From NCBI GenBank assembly GCA_963702005.1, contig OY969696.1:704001-768000 (forward strand): a stretch of 64,000 bases of DNA. Direction: 5' to 3'. The notes beneath the pieces were generated by a model. It saw only the letters and a list, made by a program, of their open reading frames with translations, was not told the origin of the DNA and searched no databases. How positions within the stretch are numbered: the stretch's first letter is position 1; each line of letters begins with the position of its first letter. Shown here piece after piece: positions 46,994 to 58,642 of the stretch. The stretch comes from Candidatus Aminicenantes bacterium (GTDB lineage Bacteria > Acidobacteriota > Aminicenantia > Aminicenantales > JAFGBC01). The position numbers were made by a program, and so were the translations under genes.

Positions 46994-49363
46994 TTCATGG
47001 GTGCGGATGGAGACGGACCGGCCGTCAGCCGTGATCTCGACGGCGCCGTCAAGGTCGGTCCGGTACAAGCGCACGCTGGCGTTTCTATACCTGGCCAAGA
47101 CGTCCTCATTGGGCAGGCCGTAGCGGTTGCCGCTCCCTACCGACAGGACTGCGATTTGGGGCCGGACCGCCTCTAAAAAAAGCGGGGAGCTCGAGGACCG
47201 GCTTCCATGGTGGGGGATCTTTAGAACCAGGCTGGCCAGATCGGGAAAGGCCTTGACGATGCCTTCCTCGGCCGCCGTGCCGACGTCGGCTGCCAGCAGG
47301 CAGGAAAAACCGGTCATTTTAAGCCTTAGGACCATGGATAGGTCGTTGTCAGCCGGAGCCGTTTCAGGAAGCGGCTCCGCCGGATGAAGGACTTCGACCA
47401 GGACGGCCCCTTCTCGAAGAGTCTTCCCCCTCGACCAAACGGTCTGCACGGTTCCGGGCGAGAGAAGCCGTTTGAATTCCGCGTAGGAAGGATCGCCGGC
47501 CGACCGGACCGCTTCATGGAACTCCTTGACCTTGAAGTTGCGGACCACGGCTTTGAGTCCTTCCAGGTGATCGGGATGGGCGTGGGTCAGGACAACATGG
47601 TCGAGGGTCTTGATCCCCTTCCTCCACAGGAAGGGCGAGACGATCCGCTCTCCGATGTCGAATCCGTCCCCCGGGATGCCCCCTCCGTCCACGAGCATCT
47701 TCCTGCGGCCGGGGAATTCGACCAGGATGGAGTCGCCCTGGCCGACGTCGAGGAAGGTGATCCGCAGCCCGGGCGAGTAAGCCGGCGGGAACGGATAGGT
47801 GACGATGAGGATGAAAAAAACCGCGAACCCGGTTAAAATCGCGGCCTTGGCCCTCTTGCTTTTCAGGGGCGCCAGGAGGGCCAGAAGCAGGAGGTAATAG
47901 GCGATGATGAGAAGGGGATGGGGCGCGGGGATGCGGTAGGACATGAAATGGACCGGGTCGAGGAGGCCGGCGATCCAAACGAACCCTTTCAAGCCGAACC
48001 GGAGGGCGGCGGCCAGCCACCCGGCCAGCGCAGTTGAGACAAAGGCCGTCAGGAAAAAGACGTAACCGGCCGCCATCAGTGCGGCGACCAGGGGGATGGC
48101 CGGCAGGTTGAGGAGGAAAGATGAGAACGTGACTCGGTTGAACGATGCCGCGATGACGGGAAGGACTCCGAGCTGGGCCGCCGTCGTCAGGGCCGTCATT
48201 TCCCCGAGTTTGAATGGGAGACGAGGCATCCGCTTGAGGAGAGGCTTGTAGAATAAAAGAATGCCTAAGGTGGCGAGATAGGTCAGCTGAAACCCGGCGT
48301 CGAAGACCTGGAAGGGATTGAAGAGGAGGATGGCCAGGGCGCTGGCCGCGATCGTGTTGAGGAGGTGGACGTCCTTCCAGAGGAGCTTCCCGATGAAGAA
48401 GGCGGCGGCCATGACCGTGGCCCTGACGACCGATGCGTTTCCTTCGACGAGAAGGGCATAGCCGGCCAGAATCACGGTCAGGATTAGGTAGGAGGGGCGG
48501 GGAGAGACGCGAATGAGGCGGAGCAGGAAAAAGAGCAGGACCGCGATAATCCCGATATGGGCGCCCGAGATGGCCAGGAGATGGTAGAGCCCGGAGCGCT
48601 GGAGGACGAGGTTGACGGATTCGTCGAGACGTCCCCTCTCGCCGATGAGCAACGCCTCGAGAACGCCCCCTTCGGTCGAGAGGCCGGGCGGAGGGCCTTC
48701 GCCGAAATGCGCCTCGACCTTGCGTTGGAGGGCTTGCCGGGCCGATGAGATGGGCCCGAAGAAAAACGCCCAGGGTCCGGTCCCGATCTTCTTGACGAGA
48801 AGAGGGCTCTTGGAGAAGGCCGAGGCGTGGATCTTCCGGTTGCGCAGGATCCGGAGGTAGGGAGGAACCCTGAAGTTTCGGTCGGACGATGATACGCCGA
48901 GCTGGGCCGAAACCATGATGCGATCGCCGGTCCGGAGGGGAGGGAGCGGGTTCTCGGCCGAGAACGGAACGGTAACCCTCAAGGTTCCGCTGACGGCCGA
49001 CTTGTCCGTCCCGGCCACGACCTCATCGACCTTGAGGTATAGCGTATCTTTGTCCTTGCCCCTTCCCGGCGATTGGGTCAAGGTTCCGTAGAAATCCGCA
49101 AACGCCGCGAGACGCAGCCGGTGCAGGCCGTTTTCCTCGTAGTTGCGCTCCTGCCAGACGAAGAGCAGCCCGCCCAGGACGAGCGAAGCGGCCCAGATCA
49201 TCCCCAGGCAGGCCTTGTCCTTCTTTCGCCAAGAAAAAATCCAGGCCGCGGCCAGGGAAACGCCCAGGGCGCCGGCCCAAGCTTGGAGGGGAAGAGGAAC
49301 GGATGAGGCCGTCACGATTCCGAGAACGACGGCCGCCGCGACGAAGAGAAGGGGGAAAGCCAT
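46928..49363 (-). CDS. comEC: DNA internalization competence protein ComEC/Rec2
   Basis: HLLAISGAH, GFQL.YLAT, DVGQGD, THAHPDH, PHHGS, RTD..GA. Confidence 0.95.
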   Translation of the reverse strand: MAFPLLFVAAAVVLGIVTASSVPLPLQAWAGALGVSLAAAWIFSWRKKDKACLGMIWAASLVLGGLLFVWQERNYEENGLHRLRLAAFADFYGTLTQSPGRGKDKDTLYLKVDEVVAGTDKSAVSGTLRVTVPFSAENPLPPLRTGDRIMVSAQLGVSSSDRNFRVPPYLRILRNRKIHASAFSKSPLLVKKIGTGPWAFFFGPISSARQALQRKVEAHFGEGPPPGLSTEGGVLEALLIGERGRLDESVNLVLQRSGLYHLLAISGAHIGIIAVLLFFLLRLIRVSPRPSYLILTVILAGYALLVEGNASVVRATVMAAAFFIGKLLWKDVHLLNTIAASALAILLFNPFQVFDAGFQLTYLATLGILLFYKPLLKRMPRLPFKLGEMTALTTAAQLGVLPVIAASFNRVTFSSFLLNLPAIPLVAALMAAGYVFFLTAFVSTALAGWLAAALRFGLKGFVWIAGLLDPVHFMSYRIPAPHPLLIIAYYLLLLALLAPLKSKRAKAAILTGFAVFFILIVTYPFPPAYSPGLRITFLDVGQGDSILVEFPGRRKMLVDGGGIPGDGFDIGERIVSPFLWRKGIKTLDHVVLTHAHPDHLEGLKAVVRNFKVKEFHEAVRSAGDPSYAEFKRLLSPGTVQTVWSRGKTLREGAVLVEVLHPAEPLPETAPADNDLSMVLRLKMTGFSCLLAADVGTAAEEGIVKAFPDLASLVLKIPHHGSRSSSSPLFLEAVRPQIAVLSVGSGNRYGLPNEDVLARYRNASVRLYRTDLDGAVEITADGRSVSIRTHENSGDTRLNSQAAIVDKEGVRN

Positions 49364-49366
49364 GCG

Positions 49367-50698
49367 CTAAGAGCCGATTTTGGAAGGGGCGGGCTCGACC
49401 CTGCTTTGGAGCTCGAGGCCGTCGAGAACGAGATGGCAGAGGAGCTTGATGGCCAGGGGGAGACTACGTTCGTCGGGGTTGAACAAGGCGCTGTTGAGAG
49501 GGGCCGCGCTCGAGAGTCGCGGATTCCGGACGCCGAGGAGGAAGAAGAAGCCGGGAGCCTTCTGGGTGTAGAAGCCGAAATCGTCCGAGATCGTCTGGGG
49601 GATGAGCGGAAGGACGTTGTCCTGTCCTTGGAGATCGACCAGGGTCGGCAGGAGGCTTCGAACGAGGTCGGCCAGGTTGACGACGGGAGGGATCACCGGC
49701 TTGATATCGAAGGCATAATCCGCGCCGAAGGGAGTCACGACGCCCCTGACGATGCTTTCGATCAGGCGGGGCATCCGGCGCCGGTTGGCCTCGCTCAGGG
49801 TTCGGACCGTGCCCTCCAGCACCGCCTTGTCGGCGACCATCCCGGCGCTCGTCCCGCCTTCGATAAGGCCGACCGTCAGGACGATTGGGTCCTGAGGATC
49901 GGCCGTCCGGCTGGCGATGGACTGGAGGGCGACGACGATTTGGGCGGCCAGGACGATCGCGTCGATCCCTTCATAGGGGCGGGCGCCGTGGGCCGTCCGG
50001 CCCTTGACGGTGATTTGGAACCAGTCGGCGCCGGCCAGGACGGGGCCGCTCGAGACGAAGACTTGTCCGAGCTGCTCGGGCCAGACATGAAAGCCGACGA
50101 TGGCCCTGACGGTCGGGTTTTCGAGAACGCCCTCGGCGATCATGGCCGCCGCCCCCGATTCGCCCCCGTCCGTTCCTCCCTCAGAGGCCGGCTGGAAGAT
50201 GAACTTGACGTTTCCCGGAATGATATCCTTAAGGCCGGCCAGGACCATGGCCGTCCCCAGGACGGCCGAGATATGGATATCGTGGCCGCAGGCGTGCATG
50301 ATGCCGGGATTCAGGGATTTATAAGGAAGGTCATTGGCCTCCTGGATGGGGAGGGCGTCCAGGTCGGCCCGCAGGGCAAGCGTGCTCCCGTGGTCGCGGC
50401 CCCGGAGAAGGGCGACGACGCCGGTCTTGGCGACGCCGGTCTTGACTTCGAGGCCGAGCGAGACGAGCTTGGCCGCGACGAGCTTGGCCGTCTCGACTTC
50501 CTCCCCGGCCAGCTCGGGATTCATATGAATGAAGCGGCGGATCTTGATGATTTCGGCCCGGCCTCGCTCGACGGCCTCGTCGATCCGCTGGGCGGTCGGC
50601 TTGTCGACGGCCCGGGCCGGTCCGGCCGCGAGGGCGCACACGGCCAGGGCCGATAGCATGGACGGAAGAATCGCCGCCGCTTTCCCATTCCCTCTCAT
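49367..50698 (-). CDS. M20D family amidohydrolase with signal peptide and altered active site
   Basis: HMNPEL, LRADLDALP, MHACGHD, G..AHGA.P. Confidence 0.85.
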   Translation of the reverse strand: MRGNGKAAAILPSMLSALAVCALAAGPARAVDKPTAQRIDEAVERGRAEIIKIRRFIHMNPELAGEEVETAKLVAAKLVSLGLEVKTGVAKTGVVALLRGRDHGSTLALRADLDALPIQEANDLPYKSLNPGIMHACGHDIHISAVLGTAMVLAGLKDIIPGNVKFIFQPASEGGTDGGESGAAAMIAEGVLENPTVRAIVGFHVWPEQLGQVFVSSGPVLAGADWFQITVKGRTAHGARPYEGIDAIVLAAQIVVALQSIASRTADPQDPIVLTVGLIEGGTSAGMVADKAVLEGTVRTLSEANRRRMPRLIESIVRGVVTPFGADYAFDIKPVIPPVVNLADLVRSLLPTLVDLQGQDNVLPLIPQTISDDFGFYTQKAPGFFFLLGVRNPRLSSAAPLNSALFNPDERSLPLAIKLLCHLVLDGLELQSRVEPAPSKIGS

Positions 50699-50762
50699 AG
50701 ACGCCTCTTGCGCCGCCCGGTGGCCCGGGCGGAATCCGAAACCGAAGCCGGACGCGCCGGCG

Positions 50763-51083
50763 CTATTTGGGCTCGTCCTTGGCGGGGCCCGGGGTCTTGG
50801 TCATCTCGTCGCGCTTTTTCTCGATGAAATCGCGGATGGCCTCGACGCCGTCCTGGGTCTTTTCCTTCACATACTGGACGCCCTTCTCGGCCTCCCGGGC
50901 GATCTTCTCGTAGTTCTCCTTGGCCTTTTCGCCGGTCTTGACGGCTTGCTCCTTGAGCTTCTTCCGGGTCTCCTTGCCGCTGGCGGGGGCGAACAGGACG
51001 CCGAGCACGAAGCCGGCGGCGGCCCCGATCAGGAACGAAACGGCGACTTCAAGGGCGCCCGACCCTTTGTGATCGTCTGCCAT
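50763..51083 (-). CDS. YtxH-like protein
   Basis: FLIGAAAG...GVLFAPASGKETRKKL. Confidence 0.85.
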   Translation of the reverse strand: MADDHKGSGALEVAVSFLIGAAAGFVLGVLFAPASGKETRKKLKEQAVKTGEKAKENYEKIAREAEKGVQYVKEKTQDGVEAIRDFIEKKRDEMTKTPGPAKDEPK

Positions 51084-51084
51084 T

Positions 51085-51444
51085 TCACTTCTCCTTTCGC
51101 TTCTTGAATTGCTGCCACCCCATGCGAAGGAGCGGGAAGAGGAACGGCCACCACTTCGAGGAGGGGCGGATGACTTTGGTCGTCACGAACAGGGCGATCT
51201 CCGAAGCGGACTCCGTCATCTTCCGGGTGGCTTGGATGGTCCCGGCCAGGTCCTCGACGGCCAGGTTGACCTTGCGCTCGGTCTCCTGGAGGTTCCGGAG
51301 GAGGGCCGTCGCCTCGGCCATGGCTTTTTGGGCCTCCCGGGCCGTCCGGCTGAGCTGGAGGAAGAGCCGGGCCAGGAAGGCGAGGGCCACGACGGCCGCG
51401 ACGGTCAAGACCAGCCACAGGGCCTGGCTGAGGGTGATCTGCAT
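51085..51444 (-). CDS. DUF948/YoxC-like small membrane protein
   Basis: N-terminal TM plus coiled coil, directly upstream of the ytxH-like gene. Confidence 0.6.
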   Translation of the reverse strand: MQITLSQALWLVLTVAAVVALAFLARLFLQLSRTAREAQKAMAEATALLRNLQETERKVNLAVEDLAGTIQATRKMTESASEIALFVTTKVIRPSSKWWPFLFPLLRMGWQQFKKRKEK

Positions 51445-51490
51445 GGTAACCTCAAAAATAGACCAAAAAGGGGGGCTTTGTCAATCGACG

Positions 51491-52108
51491 TCAGACGGCA
51501 GGCTCGGAAGGGACCGGTGTTTTTTTGCCGGGCGGCCAGAGCACCTTGTTGAGGCCGGTCAGGCCGAAGGCGGCCTCCATCCGTTCCAGGAGGTTGGGGT
51601 ATAGGCCCTCGGCTCCGGCCTTGACCGCGTCCTCCCACTCGGCGAGGAGCTCGGAAACCTCGAAGTCGTGCCCCTTGCGGCCGAGATGCTGGAGGCCCCG
51701 CAGGGCCTGCCAGTGGGTGATCATGATAAGGGCCAGGGCGCCGAAGAAGACGTTGGGGCCGGGGAGAAGCGTGGCCAGGCCGCTCAAGGGGAGGAGCAGG
51801 GTTTCTCCGACGAGGAGCAGGATATGGCGGGTCCGCTGCTTCTGGAGGAACAGGAAGAAGCGGAAGCGGACCTTCTTATCCTCGGTCCGGGCGGAGACGA
51901 GGATGCGGACCGAAGGACCCTCGAGCCGGGCGACCCGGGCCAGGGCCTGCTCCTGACGCAGGGAGCGCTGAGGGAGGAGGAGAAGCTTGGCTTTGGCTTT
52001 GTCCCAAAGCCTTCGCCAGCGGGTGGTACGGACTTCGATCGGCCGAACGGGCTCGGTCGAGAAGAAGCTGTACTTATGGCCGGCGTCTCGGACGAAGAAG
52101 AATGTCAT
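51491..52108 (-). CDS. Hypothetical membrane protein, possibly related to Mit_KHE1
   Basis: ATG at 52108; LATLLPGPNVF...THWQALRGL. Confidence 0.5.
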   Translation of the reverse strand: MTFFFVRDAGHKYSFFSTEPVRPIEVRTTRWRRLWDKAKAKLLLLPQRSLRQEQALARVARLEGPSVRILVSARTEDKKVRFRFFLFLQKQRTRHILLLVGETLLLPLSGLATLLPGPNVFFGALALIMITHWQALRGLQHLGRKGHDFEVSELLAEWEDAVKAGAEGLYPNLLERMEAAFGLTGLNKVLWPPGKKTPVPSEPAV

Positions 52109-52149
52109 GCATTCTCTGGTACGCGCCGCCGCCGCGAAAGTTGGCCGGC

Positions 52150-54184
52150 TCAGAAGCTCCGCGCGCAGATCCCGCCGCCCGCGGTCCCGACGTAGATCTT
52201 GCGGGCGGCGCCGTCGACCTGGATCGAGTTCACGCTCTTGACCGGCAGGTCGCCGGAGAGGTCCGTCCAGGTCGCCCCCTTGTCGGCGCTGTGCCAGAGG
52301 CCGTTCCAGTTCCCGACAAAAAGCTCGTTCGGATTGAGCTTGTTGACGGCCAGGCAATCGCCGGAATAGGGCGCGTTGGCGAGCTTGGTCCAGGAGCCGC
52401 CGCCGTCCGTGGAGGCGAAAATGCCTTCCCACCCGGTCGCGGCATAGACCGTGGCGGGAGAGCCGCCGGACACGGCCAGGGCGTCGATCGGGCACCCGGT
52501 CGAGGGCGGGCTCAACGAGGTCCAGTTGGCCCCGCCGTCCGTGCTTTTATGCAGGACCGGCGAGCCGGAGGAGGTCGTGCCGGCGACATAGATCGTCCGG
52601 GTATTGGAGGGGTCGAACGCGGCGGCGCAAGCCTGGCTGTTTTCATCGGTCCGAATCCGGACCTGGGTCCAAGTCAGGCCGCCGTCGGTCGAGATGAAAA
52701 CGCCCATGTAATTTTTGCCGCCGACCACGATGTATCCCGCCGCCAGGACGCGGTTGGGAACGGCCGGGTCGACGACCAGGATCAGCCCCTGGCAGCCGGC
52801 GCCGGGAAGAAGCTGTTGAAAGTTGGCGCCTCCGTCTACAGACCTGTAGACGCGGGGGGTGCTTCAGCCGTAGGTCGAGAGATAAACCCGGTTCGGGTCC
52901 GCGCTGGGGACGGCCAGGTCGGCGATGTTGTCGCTCCCCAGGAAATCGGGGAGCTTCGTCCAGCTCGCGCAGGCGTTCGCGCTCTTGAAAACCCCGACCG
53001 ACGTCGCCGCCGCGTACGCCGTGGCCGGAGCGATCGCCGAGGACGAAGAGCCGGGCATCCGGAACCCCCCGATGTTCGTCGCCAGGATCCCCGCCTGGGA
53101 CGGCAGGAAGGTTTTCCCGGCGCTGGTGCTTTTAAAGACCCCCGCCGTCGCGGAGACGTGAACCGTGCTTCCCGAGATCAAGACCTTCGACGCGAGTCCG
53201 GCGAAGCCGGTCCCGCATTTGGTCCAATCCGTTCCGCCGTTCGTGCTCTTCCAGACTTCCTTGGACCCGCCGCCGTACACGATGCTGGGATGGACCTTGT
53301 TCGAAGGCCAGGGACTCCAGGTAAGCGATATAAGACGGGCTGTTCTGCTTCTTCCAAGTGGTCCCGGAGTTGGCCGATATCGCCACCCCCGCTACCGTGT
53401 TTTGGTAGGACACCAAGATCCGGGAGGGATTCGAGGGGTCGATGGCGACCGTGTAAGCATAGTTGACTATGGTGTGGAGATCGTTCATGAATGCGGGCGT
53501 GACGTTCTTCCAGGCCCCCCCGCCGTTCGTGGAGCGGAAGACGCGGGCGCGATAATTCGAGCCGTCGTAGAAGTACCCGCAGAAGAAAATGGTGGACGGA
53601 TTCTTGGGGGAGATGGCGATATCGCGGCCGTAGGCGTAGCTCGACGTCGCCTCCATCGTCTTATGGCTCCAGGTTTGGCCGCCGTTCGTCGTCATGAAGA
53701 CGGCGAGGCATGTCTTCCAACTGGACGTGTCATAGGTATAACTCCCCGCGACGAAAATGACCTTGGGATTTTGGGGGTTGATGGCGATCCTCCCGGAATA
53801 GCCCTGCCGGTATTGGCCGAACGGAAGCTTCGTGAAGGTCGACCCTTGATCGACCGATTTATAAAGTCCGTCCGAGGCCAGGATATAGATCGTCCGCGGA
53901 TTTTTAGGGTCCAGGACGAAATCGTAAGCGTAATCGCCGAGGATGGACTTGAGGGTCCAGCTCTTGCCGTTGTTGACGGACCGGTACACCAGCCCGCGCT
54001 CGGACACCGCATAAAGCTCGGAGGGCGATTTGAGGTTGCGGGCGATGCCCATGATGTTGCCGCCGGTGGGGCCGAGCTGGGTCCAGACCGCCGCTTGATC
54101 CACAGGGCGGGCGGCGCGCATGCCGGGGCCGCCGATGAGAAGGGCGCCAAGGATTGCCCAGATATAAACGGCCGGTCTTTTCAT
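52150..54184 (-). CDS. Secreted BNR beta-propeller candidate selenoprotein, paralog D (TGA 52864-52866; +1 frameshift at 53300-53301)
   Basis: Reads through TGA in frame as STYG-U-STPRVYRSVDGGANFQQLLPGAGCQG into ORF 52150-52728; deleting one base gives SLAFDKVHPSIVYGG, matching paralog A. Confidence 0.75.
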
Positions 54185-54225
54185 TCTCCCTCCTCCGGAA
54201 AAATCCGCATTTTCCCTTCTCGGCC

Positions 54226-54254
54226 ATTATAGCGGGGGGTGTCCCGGCGGTCAA
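54226..54254 (-). promoter_or_regulatory. Sigma70 promoter of paralog D
   Basis: TTGACC-17 nt-TATAAT. Confidence 0.75.
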
Positions 54255-54323
54255 CAGAGGTTGAGGCTCGGCGTCCGAGCCGCTGGGAGGCGACTGGTCG
54301 TCACCCCGGCGCCGGCCCGCTCC

Positions 54324-56345
54324 CTAAAACGTCCGCTTCCAGATGCCTCCACCTTGGGTCCCGACGTAGAGGGTGTGGTTCGTCGCGTTGAAAACGAGCT
54401 GATTTACGTACGGAACGGGCAGTCCCTGGCTGACGTCGGTCCAGGTCAGGCCCCGGTTCTGGCTGTAAAAAACGTTCTGGTTGTTTCCGACGAACACTTG
54501 GTTGGGATTGTTCTTGTTGACGGCCACGGCCCGGAAACCGTAGCTGTATGTTGTGAAGGTGCACTTGGTCCAGGAGGTCCCGCCGTTCGCACTCCGCCAG
54601 AGCTCACTGTTGGTCCCGACATAGACGATATTCGAGTCCTGGGGATCGACGGCGATCGCCTGGGGCGGGTATTGAATCCCGTTCGTGATCGCGGTCCAGT
54701 TGACCCCCCCATCCGCGCTCCTATACACGAGAGCGCTAGAGTTGGAGGTATATCCGCCGACGTAGAGGATGTTCGCGTCGCCCGGCGCGACCGCCACCAC
54801 GGTCGATTGGCTGCCCTCTTGGGTGCTGATCCGGATGGGCGTCCAGTTCGTCCCCCCGTCCTTGGAGACGACGATTCCCATCGACGTGACGCTCCCTTGT
54901 TTGACTGATCCGGTAATGATAAGTTGGCTGAAGTTCTGGGGATTCGCGTAGAGGCTTCCGTATCGGCACTCGTAGAGATCGTAAATCTGTTGGAACGTCC
55001 GTCCTCCGTCTACAGACCTGTAGACGAATTCGCCCTGCGGTCAGCCGCTGGGCTTGACATAGATGGTATTGGGATTCGTGGGGTGAACGACGATGCTGGC
55101 GACGAGCGTGCTGCCCACGAATGTTCCGCAGGTCGTCCAGGCCGATCCCCCATTGGCCGTCTTAAAGAGGGCATATCCCGTGATCCCGGCGTAGATGGTG
55201 CTCGGCGAAGAAGGCGAGACGCCTAAAGCCGCGATGTTCGAGCCGCGGATGCCGGCGTGGCTGGGATTCCAGGTGGAGCCGCCGTTCTTGCTCAGGAAAA
55301 TCCCAACCTGGCTTGCCAGGTGGACATTGGACCCGGCGGCCAGGATTATGCGGCTCTCTCCATGGATGCCGTCGCTGTAAGCTTTCCAGGTGATCCCGCC
55401 GTCCGTGCTCTTGAGGACGCTGTAGACGTAATCGAGCTCGCCTCCGGCATAAAGGATCTTGGAGTTGGCGGAATCGGCCGTGATGGAGTACACATACGTG
55501 ATCCCTGGAGTCTGTTGGGCCTTCCAGCTTCCGCCGGCGTTCGTCGTCCGGGCGATGCCGTTGTTGTGGGCCACCCAGGCTTTTTTCGGGTCGTGGGCGT
55601 CTACATAGATGGCGTTACAGGCGGGATAGGTTCCGTCGAAAATCGCGGCGCCGCCGACGCTCGTCCAGGTGCTTCCTCCGTTCTTCGAAACGTAGGCGCG
55701 GCCGGTATCGACGCTGTTCTTATAGTCGTAGCCGCATAGATAAATGTAATTGGGGTTGGCCTTGGCAAAAACGACGTCATATCCATAGCCGGAATCGGCC
55801 GAGTTCGGGAACCTCTTGACGGTCCAAGACGCGCCGCCGTTCGTCGTTTTAGCGACGGCGATATCGCTTTTGTAGTTCACGTTGTCATACCGGTATGACC
55901 CGGCGATCATAATGATCTGGGGATTGGCCGGGTGGACGGCGATCCGGCCGTACCAGCCGGTAAATCCGGCCGGGAATGCGCGAACCGTGAAATTTTTGCC
56001 CTTGTCCGTGCTCTTGTGAAGATAGCCGTAGCTGAGGACGTAGATCGTGCTCGGGGTCTTGGGATCGACAGCGAGGTCGTAGATCGCCTGGGAGACGATG
56101 GATTGGCGCGTCCAGCTCGCGCCGCTGTTCGTGGATCTCCAAACCTGACTCGGCCAGCTCGAGCTCGCGGCATAGAGCTCGGCCGCCGACTTGGGATTCC
56201 GGGCCAGGCCGCGGATATCCCCTCCGTAGGGGCCGACCGGGGTCCAGGAACCGGCCCGGTCGGGCCGCTCGATCGGGGCGGAGCCGCGCCCGAAGAGGAA
56301 GACGGCGCACAGGACCGCCAGGATGATGACGACGGCTTTTTTCAT
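54324..56345 (-). CDS. Secreted BNR beta-propeller candidate selenoprotein, paralog C (673 aa, Sec435, TGA 55041-55043)
   Basis: KPSG-U-PQGEFVYRSVDGGRTFQQIYDLYECRYG is open and in frame with ORF 54324-54881; SECIS-like hairpin. Confidence 0.82.
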
Positions 56346-56387
56346 AGGCCCTCCTCCGGGGTTCGAGCTCGTTGCATCCGTGACCGG

Positions 56388-56417
56388 ATTATAGGCAATT
56401 TCCCGCCCGGCGGTCAA
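56388..56417 (-). promoter_or_regulatory. Sigma70 promoter of paralog C
   Basis: TTGACC-18 nt-TATAAT. Confidence 0.75.
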
Positions 56418-56441
56418 TACAAAGGGTTGAAGGGGGGCTGC

Positions 56442-58463
56442 TTAAAACGTCCGCTTCCAGATGCCTCCACCTTGGGTCCCGACGTAGAGGGTGTGGTTCG
56501 TCGCGTTGAAAACGAGCTGGGCTACGTACGGAACGGGCAATCCCTGGCTGACGTCGGTCCAGGTCAGGCCTCGGTTCTGGCTGTAGAAAACGCCCTGGCT
56601 GGACCCGACAAACACCTCGTTGGGGTTGTTGTTGTTGACGGCCACAGCATCGAAATTGTAGGCGTTGGTCGGGAACGTGCATTTCGTCCATGAGGCCCCG
56701 CCGTTCGAACTCCGCCAAACTTCCCAAAAGGTCCCAACATAGACGATGTTCGGATCCTGGGGATCGATGGCGATAGATTGGGGCACGTATTGGATTCCGT
56801 TCGTGACGGAGGTCCAGTCAACCCCTCCGTTCACGCTCTTATAGACAAGCCCGGTATAGGTAGCGCTCTGGCCGCCGACATAGAGGAGGTTAGCGTTGCT
56901 GGGCGCGACCGCCGCGACGTTCGATTGGCTGCCGTCCTGGCTGCAGATTTTGACCGGCGTCCAACTCGACCCCCCGTTCGTCGAGAACACGATTCCCATC
57001 GAGGTTACGCCCCCCTGCTTGACCGAGCCCGTGATCAGGAGGAAGTTGATGTTCTGGGGGTTCGCGTAAAGGTTTCCGTACCGGCATTCGTAGAGATCGT
57101 AAATCTGCTCGAATTTCCGTCCTCCGTCTACAGACCTGTAGACGAATTCGCCCTGGGGTCAGCCGCTGGGCTTGACGTAGATGGTGTTCGGGTTCGAGGG
57201 ATGGACGACCACGCTGGCGACGAGATCGCTGCCGTAGAATTCGGTACAGGGCGTCCAGGCGGAACCCCCGTTGACCGTCTTGAGCAGAGCGTAGCCTTGG
57301 ATTCCGGTGTAAATCGTGTTCGGCGAGGAAGGGGCGATGGCGAAGGCTTTGATATTTGCCGCCCGGATTCCGTTGTGGCCGGGGTTCCAGGTCGTGCCGC
57401 CGTTCTTGCTCAAGAAGATTCCCGCTTGCGTCGCCTGGTGGACCTTGGAGCCGGCGGCCAATATTTGGCGACATTCTCCGTAGAGGCCGGTGCTCGAAGC
57501 CTTCCAGGCATTACCCCCGTCGGTGCTCTTGAGGCTGCTGTAGACCAAATTGTACTTGCCGCCCGCGTAGAGGATATTCGGGTTGGAGGAATCGGCCGCG
57601 ATGGCCGTAACATGCGTGATCTGGGGCGTCTGCTGGGCCTTCCAGCTCCCGCCGGCGTTCGTGGTCCGGGCGATGCCGCTGTCATGGCCCACCCAGGCTT
57701 TTTTCGGGTCGCGGGGATCGACGTGAATGGAGTAGCAGGCAGGGTAGCTGTTGTTGAAGACGGCCGACGAGCCGACGCTCGCCCAGGTGCTCCCGCCGTT
57801 CTTGGAAACGAAGACCCGCGCGGCTGTGACGCTGTTTTTCTGATCATACCCACAGAGATAAATGTAATTGGGGTTGCTTTTGGCGAATACGATGCCGCGG
57901 CCATAACCATAGTCGGTCAGATTGGAAAGTCTTTTGAGCGTCCAGGTCGCGCCGCCGTTCGTCGTCTTGGCGACGGCGATTTCGGAATGCCAATCGGCGG
58001 TGTTGTAATAATAAGACCCGACGACCATGATAATCTTGGGATTAGCCGGGTGGACGGCGATCCGGCCGTTGTAGGACTGGAAATCGTCCGGGAACCGATG
58101 GTTCGAGAAGGTCTTGCCTTTATCCGTGCTCGTGTAGAGATAACTTTCGCTGAGGAGGTAAATCGTGCTCGGGGTCTTGGGGTCGATGGCGAGGTCGTAA
58201 ATCCATTGCATGACGATCGATTGGCGCGTCCAGCTGGCGCCGCTGTTCGTGGATCTCCAAATCTGGCTCGGAGAACTCGAGCTCACGGCGTAGAGTTCGG
58301 CCGCCGACTTGGGATTCCGGGCCAGGCCTTGGATATCCCCTCCGTAGGGGCCGAGCGGGGTCCAGGAACCAGCCCGGTCGGGCCTGTCCGCCGGGCCGGG
58401 GCTGCGCCCGAATAGAAAGACGGCGCACAGGACCGCCAGGATGATGACGACGGCTTTTTTCAT
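56442..58463 (-). CDS. Secreted BNR beta-propeller candidate selenoprotein, paralog B (673 aa, Sec435, TGA 57159-57161)
   Basis: KPSG-U-PQGEFVYRSVDGGRKFEQIYDLYECRYG in frame with ORF 56442-56999; 13 Asp-box repeats; SECIS-like hairpin. Confidence 0.82.
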
Positions 58464-58505
58464 GGGCCCTCCTCCGGGGTTCGAGCTCGTTGCATCCGCG
58501 ACGGG

Positions 58506-58535
58506 ATTATAGGCAATTTCCCGGCCGGCGGTCAA
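58506..58535 (-). promoter_or_regulatory. Sigma70 promoter of paralog B
   Basis: TTGACC-18 nt-TATAAT. Confidence 0.75.
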
Positions 58536-58642
58536 GAAACCGCGGTAAAAAGGCCATCCTCAGAACTTCCTCCACCAGATCCCCGCCCCCTCGGTCGCGG
58601 CAAAAACTCTCCGGCCGGCCGCGGAATCGGCGTCAGCGCCGA

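Noticed and set aside
53300-53301. Programmed frameshift in paralog D
   Set aside because: No slippery sequence and absent from the other three paralogs; likely an assembly error or recent mutation
56346-58535. Track starts at TTG 56417 and 58535 (MTAGREIAYN...)
   Set aside because: These TTGs are the -35 boxes of promoters; ATGs with GGAGG SD at 56345 and 58463 begin the signal peptides
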